A stretch of DNA of 64,000 nucleotides from Rebecca billardiae RCC1528 (Eukaryota > Protista > Haptophyta): assembly GCA_965240325.2 (NCBI GenBank), contig OZ251246.1:496001-560000 (forward strand), read 5' to 3'. Of this stretch, positions 27,273-38,366 are shown piece after piece (positions within the stretch are counted from its first letter, which is position 1; each line of letters begins with the position of its first letter). Both the position numbers and the translations under genes were made by a program. Under the pieces are notes generated by a model. It saw only the letters and a list, made by a program, of their open reading frames with translations, made no database searches and was not told where the DNA came from.

Positions 27273-27860
27273 TCAGTCGTAGTAGTCGCCTTTCATCGTC
27301 GCGGCGACGACACCATAGACGACTGTGTATGCCTCCTGCGCCTCCGGCGTGAACTTCTCGCCCAGCGCGGCGCCGAGCGTGCCGATGAGCGCCACGGCGA
27401 CGGCATCGTAGTCACCGGCCTGCGTGCCGTAGAACTTCGCGTGCCGCCGCCCCAGCGCGTCGAGGGACGCGGTGAGCTGATCCAGGTCCGTCGAGAGGAG
27501 GCCGATCGTCTTTTCGATCATCGCCATCACGCTCGAGCAATGCGACTTGTACGCGGCGCTGGCACGGTAGTCCGGGAGGTCACCGAAGGCGGGGAAGCGC
27601 TGCACGAGCTCGGGGTGCGCATCGAAGAGCTTGTTGAAGAGCAAGACGCCCGCGGGCTCCATCCCGATGCCCTGGACCGTTTTCCACGTCGACTGCACGA
27701 GCTCGACCTGATCGGCCGACGGCAGCGGCGCCGACCCGGCGGCGAGCACGCGCGAGCGGCAGAGCGCGCCGACAAGCCGCGTGCGCGCCGAGATGGCGGC
27801 GTGTGGCGCGTGCATGGCCGCGCCGGCCACGAGGACGAGCGTCGCGATCATCGTCGGCAT
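27273..27860 (-). CDS. Single-domain 3/3 globin with N-terminal signal + transit-like leader
   Basis: Motifs LVQSTW (A helix), LFDAHPELVQRF (CD1 Phe), KSHC (distal His), LGRRH (proximal His), GEKFTPEAQEAY. Confidence 0.92.
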   Translation of the reverse strand: MPTMIATLVLVAGAAMHAPHAAISARTRLVGALCRSRVLAAGSAPLPSADQVELVQSTWKTVQGIGMEPAGVLLFNKLFDAHPELVQRFPAFGDLPDYRASAAYKSHCSSVMAMIEKTIGLLSTDLDQLTASLDALGRRHAKFYGTQAGDYDAVAVALIGTLGAALGEKFTPEAQEAYTVVYGVVAATMKGDYYD

Positions 27861-28107
27861 ATTCGGCGACTCACGGCGTGAACGGGAGCGGCGATCAAAA
27901 AATTAACATCCGGCATGCAAATCGCGTCGGCCGTTACACGGTCCTGGCTGGAGTTACAGTTTACTAAGAATAAGAGACGCACACAGCTCAGGCAGGCGAG
28001 ATTGACGCCCGCCAACTGTCACCGCCCATGAAGCCGTCGCCGATGGTAGCGCCAACGGTAGCGCCGCCGGAACAGTACAGGCCAGGTCTGGAGTCGGCAC
28101 GACTCAG

Positions 28108-30806
28108 TCAGGCCGAATCCTCCGCCCGTCGCCGCTTGTGCACACGCGAGGCGCCGCCCTCTGCGCGCGGCGCGCCCTCGGCACGGGGCTGCGCGCGCGA
28201 CGGCGCCACGCCCGCCGGCCTGCGCCACATGACGTGCAGCGTGCACGCGCCGCCGGCAAAGTCCGGATGCAGCGCGTCCGTCGGCACCTGCGCCATAAAA
28301 AAGTGCGGAGCCAGCATCGCTCGGAAGCGCGGCTCGCACGCGTCCGCCGCCACCGCGGCGTAGCGCTGCACCTGCGCCTGCACCACGAGCGTGTGAGGTG
28401 CGCTCAGCTGCAGCATCGAGTCCAGCAGTGCGCGCCACGTCTGCGCGGGCGCGCACGCACGCGAGCGCGCGCGCGGGCGAGGCGTCGGGAGGAGGAGGCG
28501 GAGGGCGCGCGGGCAGACGCGCGCGTGTGCCAGTGAGCGACGGAGCGGAGAGAGGAGTGCGGAGGACGGCGTGGCGCGCGCGCGCTGGGCGCGGATTGCG
28601 TGCGGGCAGTGCAGGGCCTCGCGCCACGCAGCCGCGCGCGCCCTCCGCCCCGCGCGGCCGCGCATGCGCGCGCGCGGCGCGCGCGGCGCACACGGCGCGC
28701 GCAGCAGCAGCTGCTGGCACGCACCGCCTCGCTCGAGCCGTAGACGACGTCGGCGGCCAGGAGCAGCTCCGGCGCGCGGCGCAGGCCGCAGTGCGCGAGC
28801 GCGCCCGGCGTGCCCCACGGCAGCTTTGCCACGCGCACCGCCGAGCCCGGCGGCGCCGGCGCGTTCTGTGCCGCGTTCTCACGGAGGAGCTCCAGGGTGG
28901 GCTCGTCGCTGTCGGTCGCGAGCACGCGCGCGCAGCCGCGGTGCGCGGCGACGATGGCGGGGAGGCCGAGGCCGGCGCCCAGCTCGAGCGCGCTCACGTG
29001 CGCCCAGCTCGCGCCGAGCAGCTCGGCCGGGGCCAGCCCCGACGCGGCGGCGACGCTCGCCGCGGCGCGCGGGGACGGCTGGCGCGAAAGCCACTCAGCC
29101 AGAACGAGCGCCGCTTCCCACGGAGCGACGCCGGTGTGGCGCAGGTGGCGGCCGGGCGCGCGCGCGCGGAGCTGGACGACGAGCGCGGCGCCGCGGCGCC
29201 GCGGGCCCTCCTCGTCCGAGTCGAGCCCCGCCGCCGCGTCGTCCTCGCTCAGCCTGTCCGCCGCCACGTCGCCCGCCGCCGCCGCGTCTGCGCCCGCCGC
29301 AGCGCCGCGCGCCGCGTCCGCGCCCGCCGCGCCGCGCGCGCCGCCGCCGCCGCCCAGCGCAGGGAAGGAATAGTCGAGCGTGCGCGCGCCGCGCAGCGCC
29401 GCGGCCAGCCGGCGGTCGCGCCCTCCCGCGCGCGCGTGCGCGCCGCACAGCTTGAGCAGCTCCTGCGCGTTGAACTCGGAGAGGCGCGACACCGCGGCGC
29501 GCGCGAGCGTGCGCAGCAGCCGCGGCCTAGCGATGTCGGCGCGCGCGGCGCGCAGCTCTGAAAACGCCCACACGAGACTTGACAAGTCTCGCGCGTTGAG
29601 CGCCGCGCGGCGCGCGCGCGCGGCGTGCGCGAGCGAGCGCACGAGCCTGCGCTCAGCTCGGCTCAGCGTGGCCGCGCGGCCGCTCGCGCCGCCGTCGGCC
29701 GACGCGTCGCGCGCGCCGCCCGCGCCCACCAGCCTAGCCAGTGCCCATGCCACCGTTGCCACCTGCTGCGGTGCGGCGGCGCCGGCGCGCACGAGCGCGC
29801 GCGAGCGTCGCGCGAGCGCGGCGCGCGCGCGCGCCGAGACGCTCGCGTGCAGCTCCAGCCGGGCTGCTGCCCACCACAGGTGCGCGCAGTCTCGGGCTGA
29901 GAGCGAGGCGGCGCCGCGCCGCGCCGCGCGCGCGAGCGCGCGCATCGGCGCGTGCGCGCGCGCGCCCAACCTAGCGAATGCCCATGCCAGCGCGGCCGCT
30001 TGAGTGCCGCTGAGCGCGCGCGCGCGCGCGAGCGCTCGCGCGCCGCGCGCGAGCGCGCGCGCCACCGCCCGCGCCTCGTCGTCCGCCGGGGCCGCGCCGC
30101 CGTCCGCGCGCTCGTCGGAGCCGGGCGCCGCCGCGGCGCGCGCCACGCCCGCCGCAGCCGTTACATAGACCCACGCAATCGCGCACAGCTCCGTGCCGGG
30201 ATAGCTACTCAGGCGCGGGGCGAGGCGCGCCACGCAGCGCCGCACGCGCGCCGAGCCGCCGTCGACGCCGCCGGCGCCACGCGCGCGCGCCGCCGCGTGC
30301 AGCCGTGCCGCGCCCCACAACGCATTGGCTGCCTGCTGGGGACTGAAGCTGGCCACGCCGCCGCCACCGCCGCCGCCACCGCCGCCGCCACCGCCGCCGC
30401 GGCCGCCGCCGCCACCGCCGCCGCGGCCGCCGCCGCCACCGCCGCCGCGGCCGCCGCCGCCACCGCCGCCGCGGCCGCCGCCGCGGCCGCCGCCGCTGCC
30501 GCCACCGTTGCCCTGCTCCGCGCCCTCGAGAGCGCACAGCGCCGCGTCGGCCAGCTGCGCGTACGCCTCGCCCGCGCCGCGCCGCGCCGCGCCGTGATCG
30601 CAATCTCCCGGCGCGGCAAGCAACTTGGCCACCGCCCATGCCGAGATTGCAATCTCCTGAGGCTGGAAGGCGGCGCGGCGCGCGCTCGCCGCGCGCGCGA
30701 CGGCGGGGAGCGAGAGTCCGGCGGCGGCGAGCGCGGCGGGCGTGAGCGCCACGGCGCCACCGTTGTCGCCGCCGCCACCGCCGCCACCACCGCCGCCACC
30801 GCCGCC

Positions 30807-30837
<31 letters not shown>

Positions 30838-31397
30838 ACGCCCGTGTCCGCCGCACGCATCGTGGCCAGCGCCCACACAACGTTCGCTATGGCCTGCGGG
30901 GCCGCCTGGTCGAGCACGGCGGCGAGGGCGCCGACGAGCTCGAGCATCAGGTCGGACTCGCACCCACCCAGGTGCGCCAGCGCCCACGCCACGTTCGACA
31001 GCTCCTGCGGCTTGAATTCTGCGAGCCGGCCGCGCGCGGCGCGCACGCATGCGGCGCGCAGGCGCGGCGCATGCGTGCCGAGCTTCGCCGTGGCCCAGAG
31101 GAGGTTGGCGAGGTTGCGAGGCGGGGCACGCTCCGGCGCCGCCTCAATCAACTCGACCGCGCGTGCCGCGACCCGCTCCGGCAGCGTGAACTCGCCGCCT
31201 CCGCCACGTCCGCCGCCGCCGCCGCCGCCGCCGCCGCTGCCGCCGCCGCCGCGCGCCAGCACAGCGAGCCTGTGGGCGCACGTCGAGCAGTTGATCAGGT
31301 TGAACTCGGAGGCGCGCGCGTCCGCGATGGCGAGCACCGTGTGCGCGGTTGGCGCGCGCAGAAGCTCCGCGTTGAGCGCCTTGGCCGCCTCCGTCAT
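28108..31397 (-). CDS. OPR/FAST-like helical-repeat protein fused to a METTL21/Methyltransf_16-type methyltransferase
   Basis: Exons 31397-28725 and 28440-28108. Repeats PRNLANLLWA, PQELSNVAWA, PQAIANVVWA, PQEIAISAWA, ARDLSSLVWA. C-terminal motifs TGVAPWEAALVL, LELGAGLG, LATD, LPWG, LLAADVVY. Confidence 0.8.
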
Positions 31398-31711
31398 GCC
31401 GGCAGGACGAGGCGCGTGCACGTCGCCTCAGACCGCCATGCTTCCCTTGGGCAAAAGCACGAGCCCGGCGCCGCGCCCGGCCCAGGCCGGAGGGGGGGCG
31501 GGCGCAAGGGGACTCCCCTGGCGGGCGCGGGGGGAACCAACGAAAGGGCCGCCATCACAGGCAACGTGTTGTCATGTCATTGGCCCTTGGTCATGCACTC
31601 AATGACTCATGCCGCATGCGCGCACAATGTTCATTCAGCAGGAGATGTCTGAAGGGACATGTACAATGTAGCTAGGTGACATGTCCGTAATTGCGCCTTG
31701 GCGACGCATGC

Positions 31712-31717
31712 TATAAG
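31712..31717 (+). promoter_or_regulatory. TATA-like element upstream of the permuted tRNA
   Basis: TATAAG lies about 25 nt before the leader helix. Confidence 0.45.
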
Positions 31718-31741
31718 TGCCACCACTTGAGTGAGCTTGAG

Positions 31742-31862
31742 CAGCTGGCTTGCAGCAACAACACTTTCGCAATTGGGGCGAGGTGTCGTCGGTTCGAATC
31801 CGGCCATGGCCCACCTGGCCATGTGGTGCAGTGGCAGCATACCTTACTAAAAAGGCCAGCTG
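31742..31862 (+). tRNA. Circularly permuted tRNA-Pro (AGG or TGG) gene
   Basis: 3' half (T)GGGG-CGAGG-TGTC-GTCGG-TTCGAAT-CCGGC-CATGGCC-C at about 31774-31812, then spacer ACCT, then 5' half GGCCATG-TG-GTGC-AGTGGCA-GCAT-A-CCTTA-CT(A) at 31817-31849. Leader CAGCTGGCTT pairs with trailer AGGCCAGCTG. Confidence 0.75.
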
Positions 31863-31866
31863 AGAC

Positions 31867-31884
31867 TTTTCTTCAGTTTTTTTT
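31867..31884 (+). terminator. Pol III T-run terminators
   Basis: TTTT (31867-31870) and T8 (31877-31884) directly follow the trailer. Confidence 0.65.
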
Positions 31885-32568
31885 GAGTCGTATTATTCGC
31901 ATATATTCAGCGCAGTATAGTTATCGTGATGCTGCCGATGTTGCGCACATGAACGACAGCCAGTGCTGATCACTCAATCAGTTTGGGGGACGAGGCGACA
32001 CTTATCCGTGTCTGGTCTTATTTGAGTTTGACGTCGCGGCAACACGGTCACGCGCGGCATCTGCTTCATTAGTATTACGCAGAGTACTGACTGGTCGCAG
32101 CTAGCAGCATAACTCACTGCAATACCCTTGGCTCACCTGCTGGAATTATATCCCAGGGGCCAGAAGGGACTCGATGATCGGCTGACGGCTGCATAGTCCG
32201 CTTGGTTCATGGTTGACTTCAGGAGTTCGGCCCTCGACCTCATCTCGGAGTCAGGCAGCAAGTCGGCCTGGGCCAATAAGACGTTCTAGCGCTTAACTCA
32301 TCACTGACGTGCACTTTCTTAACGACATCAAATAATAAAAGTTGCTAGACAATAGCGGAGCTCAGGGGGTCTGGCAGAGTCAATCTGCGCGCGCTGAAGA
32401 ACAGCAGGAGCTGACGGAGCAAAGCAGTTATTATTGCACTTATTTCAACGCAGCACTGCTTTAAATACTCGGTGCAGCTAATCAGCAACTCATCGGTAAC
32501 TGCACCAAATGGCAGGAGCCAGCTGAGGCGCCCTCGCGCCTGTGTCATTATGTAATCAGCATATAGAA

Positions 32569-33783
32569 TTAGTCCCAACTGGGAGGTGGCTCGTAGTCGT
32601 ACGTGTTCGCGTCAGACTTCACGCGCTCGAGGTACGAGGTCGGCAGGAAGCTGCGGCGCACGAGCCACTCGATGCAGTTCATGTCCTCATACATGGTCGC
32701 GCGCAGCAGCTCGACGCCGGCCTGGCTGAGCCGGACGCGGCGCTGACCGCTGGACGACGAGTGGGTGTGCGGCGGCATCTGCAGCAACGAGGCGTCTTGC
32801 GCGAGGCTCACCTTCCCCGGTGCGTACCCGAGCCTCTGCGCCATCGCGACCGCCAGCCCGCGGAACGACTCCTCCATCGTCTCGGTCGTGCCGACGAACA
32901 GCAGCTGCGATCCCAGGGAGGCGAGCCCCGCGGTTCCGCCCCAGTAGAAGCCGATGCCCGCCGTCATGTGCCCCACGCGCAGGAACACCTGCTGCGCCAG
33001 CGCCACCGGATCCGGCTGCGCGAGGATGGCGGCCGTCACGCGGCCGAGGTCCAGCGCCTCGTTCTGGTGGGGCAAGCCGAGCGCAGGCTTCGCGGCGGTG
33101 CGCACGAACTGCTGCTTGGCGCTGCGCATCAGCGGCAGCCCGTCCGGGCCGAATGCCGTCGCGTTCTGAACGCGCTGTGCCGCCACCCAGCCACGCAGCG
33201 CGCTCATGTCGTATGTGAGCATAAAGTTCCAGCAGGCGACAGCGCGACCGACCGGGTCGCGCGCCCAGAGCACGACGGGCAGCTTGCGAGCGAGGGCGCC
33301 GAGCCGATCGGGCCTCGAGAGCACGGCCTCCTTGACCGCGTCGAACTGCCCGAGTCGCCGGATGGTCATCTTCTGCTTTCTTCCTGGCGGTGCGAGCTCG
33401 ACGGTGCGCAGACCGCAGTGTTGGCGGAACGAGTTGTTGTGCGACGCGACGAGCGGACCGTGTACGGTGATGAGCCGGCCGCCACGCTGGACGTTTGCAC
33501 CCCCTATCCGTACGCACTCGTGAAGGTCGACCCGAAAGTCACACAGCCCGACGCGCTCGCACAGGTCGAGCAGGCCGAAGTGCACGGCATCGCCGCCCGT
33601 CTTTCCGACGTGCACAGAGATGACCCCGCGGCAGCTTCCACCAGGCAGCCTTGCGCAGACGTCCGCTCTTGGCGGCAGGTTCTGGTCGAACGGGGTAGGC
33701 GCCGCTGCTGTGCCTACGTGAGGCCACGCCGCGAGGGCGAGGCCGGCAGCCGCCGCCATGGCGCGCGCGGCGCCTGCGTGCAT
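32569..33783 (-). CDS. Sulfotransferase family (Sulfotransfer_2-like) secretory-pathway protein
   Basis: Motifs VHVGKTGG (5'-PSB), WARDPVGRAVACWNF (3'-PB), FVGTTETMEES, MYEDM. Signal-like N-terminus. Confidence 0.75.
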   Translation of the reverse strand: MHAGAARAMAAAAGLALAAWPHVGTAAAPTPFDQNLPPRADVCARLPGGSCRGVISVHVGKTGGDAVHFGLLDLCERVGLCDFRVDLHECVRIGGANVQRGGRLITVHGPLVASHNNSFRQHCGLRTVELAPPGRKQKMTIRRLGQFDAVKEAVLSRPDRLGALARKLPVVLWARDPVGRAVACWNFMLTYDMSALRGWVAAQRVQNATAFGPDGLPLMRSAKQQFVRTAAKPALGLPHQNEALDLGRVTAAILAQPDPVALAQQVFLRVGHMTAGIGFYWGGTAGLASLGSQLLFVGTTETMEESFRGLAVAMAQRLGYAPGKVSLAQDASLLQMPPHTHSSSSGQRRVRLSQAGVELLRATMYEDMNCIEWLVRRSFLPTSYLERVKSDANTYDYEPPPSWD

Positions 33784-33990
33784 CGGGTTGGAAGAACTCG
33801 GCGTCCGCGCTGCAAATGGACGGAGGTGCTGCCGCAGCCAACGGCCCTGGTCCAGACCTTCCACTTGTCCAGCCAGGGTCGCACCCGGACACCGCGAGAA
33901 CACCGGCCGGACGCGGGCGGTTGGGCCAGCAAGCTCGCCCGTCGAGACGCTCGCGCACCCGCCAACGGGCGCGACCACACGCGCGCGGCG

Positions 33991-36423
33991 ATGAACATCC
34001 ACCTGAGTGACGGCACGGCGGCGGGCGGCGCGGATGAGCTCGGCGATGCGGGCCCGCTCGTCGCGCCCGAGGCCGAGCACCTCGTCGAGGCGCTCTCGCG
34101 CTTCGCCGTCGCGGACATTGGCTCGGACCGTTGGCTTACGCAGCACGGCTGGCTCGAGCGGCTGAACATGCAGGCGCACGTGAACGCGGCGCAGATGCGC
34201 GACGAGTTCGTGATGGAGGCGCTCGTGCTGCACGAGAAGCTCCCCGTGCTCGTGCACGACCTCATCGCCACCGAGCTCTGGCGCGCGCGCGTGCTCCCGC
34301 AGCTGCGCGAGGAAGCGCACAAGCGCGACGGCGTCCGCCTCTACCAGTGCTGCTACCACGAGGCGGTGGTGGCGAACCTGCTCGAGGCGGTGCTGTACCA
34401 CCGGCAGGCGTGTGAGGCCGTCGCCGACGCGCTCGTCGACCTCGCCGACTACTGCCAGCGCCGCCTCGTCTGGCTGCTCGAGCGCGCGCGCCCGCCCGCG
34501 GACGTGACAGCCACGAGCTCGGAGGAGCTGCGTGCCGCGCTCGTCGGCGGCGGCTCGGGCGCGGAGCTGCAGCGGCAGCTCGACGCGATCGAGATGGGCG
34601 CGGCGCTCTCGGCGATCTCCATCCTCCGCTTCCTCACCGACCACGCCGACGTCCTCCCCGCCGGCGTGCTCGGGCGGCTGGTCGATACTCACGACGTACT
34701 CATGACGCTAGCGCCGCTGCTTGAGAAACGGCCGTGGCGCGCCAAGCGCGGGCTCGACGGGCGCGAGGTGCGCTTCGAGGGCGGGCAGTGGATGCCGGTG
34801 GCCGAGGCCGACGCGCACCGCATGCCCAAGCCCGAGGCGCAGCTCTGGCTCGCCGTCCTCGGCCTGTGCACCGACCCGCTCGTGCGGCGCCGGTACGCTT
34901 TTACGGACTTTCGAAAGGCGACGGTTGTGCGGCTTCGGAAATATCTGCATGAAGGCGTGGTGGATCAGATCCCGCCGTTGGTCGGGCTGCAGCGCGCGAT
35001 CGACGAGCTCTCGCTCTCGGAGACGCCCGCCGTCGAGCACAAGCCCGCCTACGTGCTCGAGCAGCTGCCCGAGATCCGCGACGCGCTCGCGCGCGCCCAG
35101 GTGCGCGCGGCCCGTGACCGCCCCTGACGCGCACGGCGCGCGCGCGCGCGGGCGCACGCGGCCGGGCTGCTAGGGGCGATGCGCTGATCCCGCGCGCGCG
35201 CGCTGCCGCCCGTCCGCGGCGCAGGACTGGGAGGCCATCGCCGAGGCGCAGCTCGAGGGCTGCTTCAACACCTCCGCCGAGGCCAAGCGCGCGCACGCCG
35301 AGCAGCTCGCCGAGCTCTATGCCACGCCGGCGGTGGAGCGTCTCCTTGCCGGGCCGACGGGCGCGGCCGGCGCGGGCGCGGCCGGCGGCGCGGCGGGCGG
35401 CGGCGCGGACGTGGCGAGTGCAGAGCACGTGCTCGAGCTGACGTTCTGGGAGGCGAGCGCGGACGACGACGCCGCCGATGACGAGGCGACGCGCCCGCCG
35501 CGCGCCGTCGTGCACGCGACGTGCGCGCGCGCGCCCTCTGTGCAGACCCCCTTCACACCGGACCCGGCAGCCGGACTGCTTTCGTCCAAGGTGAACCGCG
35601 TGCAGGCGGCGCTGTACGCGCGCGCGCCCGGCGACGGGAAGATCGGCGCGGAGGCGCTCGCGCGCGTGGGCCCGGTGGAGCTCGCGCTCGACGCGCGGAA
35701 GCAGAAGCAGTGGTGCCAGCTCGGCCACGACCCGACCGCGCTGCGCGTGCAGCTGCTCGTCGCGCGCACGCCGGACGGGCGCGTGCGTGCGGGCGCGGTG
35801 CGCGTGACGGCGCCAGAGCGGCACGTCTGCCGGCTGGAGTTCGTGCCCGAGCGCGCGGCGGCGGAGCACACCGCCGTGGTGATCGCCGAGGGCTGCGCCG
35901 CCGGCGCGCAGTCGCAGTTCCGGCCGACGGGCGGCACGGCCACAGTCGCCGTGCCGCCCAGCTGCCGGGTGCGTGCGGAGGTGCGCGCCGGCGAGCGCGT
36001 GTGGCGCGCGGCGGAGACTCGCCTTGAGCTGGACGCGAGCAAGGCGCTGCAGTGGGCGCAGCTCGGCGGGCGGGGCAAGTCGGGGCTGCGCGTGCAGCTG
36101 CGCATCCGCTCGGCGGTGCACGGCGGCGCGGCAGGTGCGGCGCGCACGCGCGCGCGAAATCCCTGCACCCCGCGCGCATGCCAGCTCTCGCTTGCCACCC
36201 GCCGCTCACGGGTGACGTACTTCCGCACGCGCCGCGCGCATGCCGCTGTGTCCGCCCGCGCCCCCTGCCGACAGCCCTCGAGGTGGCGTCCGTGTACGTC
36301 ACCGCGCCGGAGGACGCCGCCGGCGCTGACGCCGAGCAGGCTGCCGACGCGGCGCGCGCGACGGCCGCGCCGGACACGAGCACTGCCAACGCCGCTCGGC
36401 CCAAGGTGGAAGTCATCGGTTGA
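33991..36423 (+). CDS. ZMYND10: ZMYND10 (BLU)-like dynein assembly factor lacking the MYND finger
   Basis: Exons 33991-35100, 35225-36134, 36275-36423. Motifs IGSDRWLTQH..LERLNMQA, EKLPVLVHDLIATELW, YHEAVVANLLEAVLYH, DLADYC, ISILRFLTD, DQIPPL. Confidence 0.8.
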
Positions 36424-37516
36424 GCTGTTGATTGAGCTCATGAGAGCTTTGCGACTGGCATCCCTGCGTCATGGACTCGACGCCAGCTTGACGGCCGACG
36501 ACTTCAGCCTCCGCGGCGGATCCCGAGCAGCTGCAGAGGACCATGCTGCTGTTCTCTCAACTCTCTGCCTGCCGAGAATGCCGAGCCATGCAGAACAGTA
36601 GAACACGGGCCGTGAACAGATGAGCACTGCCCCAAGGTGGCGAGCAGATGATGCTCCGCGGCGCTGCGAGCCTCAGCTGCTGCGCCCGTATGGCGGCCGC
36701 CGCGTCGTAATCGTATTCGTAAGCAGCTCTGAGAGTCTGAGAACCGCCGCCGGTCCGGGTGTCGGGCCGGGCTCACATTGAGTGCGGCCGGCTGGACGAT
36801 CGGGACCGACGATGACGAGTACGACGGGCGCGGGCACGGCGCTGCACAAGTCACTAAGTGCACTAGCTCATAGCTGTGCAGTAAGACTAAGTGTCCGTGA
36901 TGCACAATTGCACAACCAGCGCCGCCGCTGCATGACACTCCCGCCGGGTCTGCCCGGGAGAGTGACCGTAGTTCAGCACGCTGACCAGCCCGCCAGGGCC
37001 AGGGCCCAGGGTGGCGCCCGTGCCGCCGGTGCCGCGGCGCCGCGGTGGCCATCGCCGATCGCGGACTGCGTCACCGGGCCCAAGCCGCGGAAGCCGCCGG
37101 GCGCCGCTGGGATCATCCGCGCCGCCGATTGTCCGCCGGCCGCGGCGGGCGGCCCGCCCCGGGCCCGGGCCGCCTGCGGCGGCGCCGCCGGGCGGCCGGC
37201 CCGGCGGCCCGCGGCCCCCGGGGCGCCCGGGCGCGGGCGGGCGACGGCGCCGTCGGCAGGCTCGTCACAGCTGCGTCAGGCCGCGCCCGCGTGGCCGAGA
37301 CGCCGCGAGGCGCGACGCGGCGACGCCGTCCGACGCGCCTCACCGACGTTAGCAGTGTGATCGGGTGACGGCCGGCGAACACAACAATGCCGATGACAAA
37401 CAACGGTGAAAGGTCGAACGGCCAAGCGGACGACTACTCCTATCAAGAGCAACAGGCACGCGCTGGTGCGCGCATTCTTCATATACCCTTTTTTCACCCA
37501 ATCTGTTAGTGTATCC

Positions 37517-37588
37517 ATCGGCGTGGCGCAGTGGAAGCGCGTTGGGCTCATAACCCATAGGTCGTCAGATCGAAACTGACCGCCGATA
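37517..37588 (+). tRNA. Initiator tRNA-Met (CAT)
   Basis: Cloverleaf with A1:T72, three G-C pairs in the anticodon stem, T-loop ATCGAAA (A54, A60) and TTTT downstream. Confidence 0.97.
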
Positions 37589-38366
37589 CAACGCCTTTTG
37601 CCCTTTTGCTCTTTCTTTCTCTCTTGTGCTCGAGCACATTCGCGCGCCCGCGCGTGGTCGACCCTGCTGCAGACGCCTCCGCGCTTCAGCCCTGTCTCAC
37701 CGCTCCCAGCGGGCTGTCCTACCTGAACCCATGAGCCCGCAGCGCACAAGCTGCAGCGCACGCATCGCGTGTGGCGCATCCCGCTTGGGAGTCATGCGTG
37801 TAATAATGTATATGAGTGGCGTTGTCGGAGCTGCTAGTGCTGGGTTACGAACGAGTTACACGTCGTCGACCAGCACGGCTGTGGGGCCGGCTATGGTGCG
37901 ATTAGGCGATTACCAGGTGGGCACGGCTGCCAGATGGGAGTCAGAGCGGCTAAGCGGTGCTGTGATCGCCCACTATGTGGTCAGGGAGAGCGCGGAAGCA
38001 CCCGAACGCTTCAAGCTGAGGTAGCTACTGATGAGAGTTGGAGTCTCTGCCGGCCAAGCCCAGTTTGCTAACGCCTAACCGCCCGGCGCGTGCTGGGGCG
38101 AACACGCGGTCCAGCGCCCGGCGACTTGACCAGAGGTGTGCACGCTCGGCGACGCAGTGTGAAGATGTGATGTGTGTCACGGACTTGTTCACTGCCCACG
38201 CGCACGGCCGCCATTGTAATTGCGGCGGAGCCTTAAGCCTTTCCAGCCGAGTTGCTTGCGCCCGAAAAAATCGCCGTGGCGCCCGGCGCGAGATCGATCG
38301 CCGAGGCGGGACACGAAGTGGCCCAAGCCGCCCCAAGACCACCCTCGCTCCCGACTCCCGTGTACC

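Noticed and set aside
31760-31812. Ordinary or intron-containing tRNA, or tRNA-Cys/Phe readings
   Set aside because: No GGCCATG 5' strand lies upstream. The Cys(GCA) and Phe(AAA) readings need an odd variable region or anticodon and conflict with the C73 discriminator.
31890-32560. Lower-GC tract after the permuted tRNA as a snoRNA cluster or transposon
   Set aside because: I found no convincing box C/D pair with a guide sequence and no terminal repeats.
32542-33990. N-terminal extensions of the 861-aa (+) and 707-aa (-) ORFs
   Set aside because: Each is read-through antisense to the divergent neighbour. The real starts are about 33991 and 33783.
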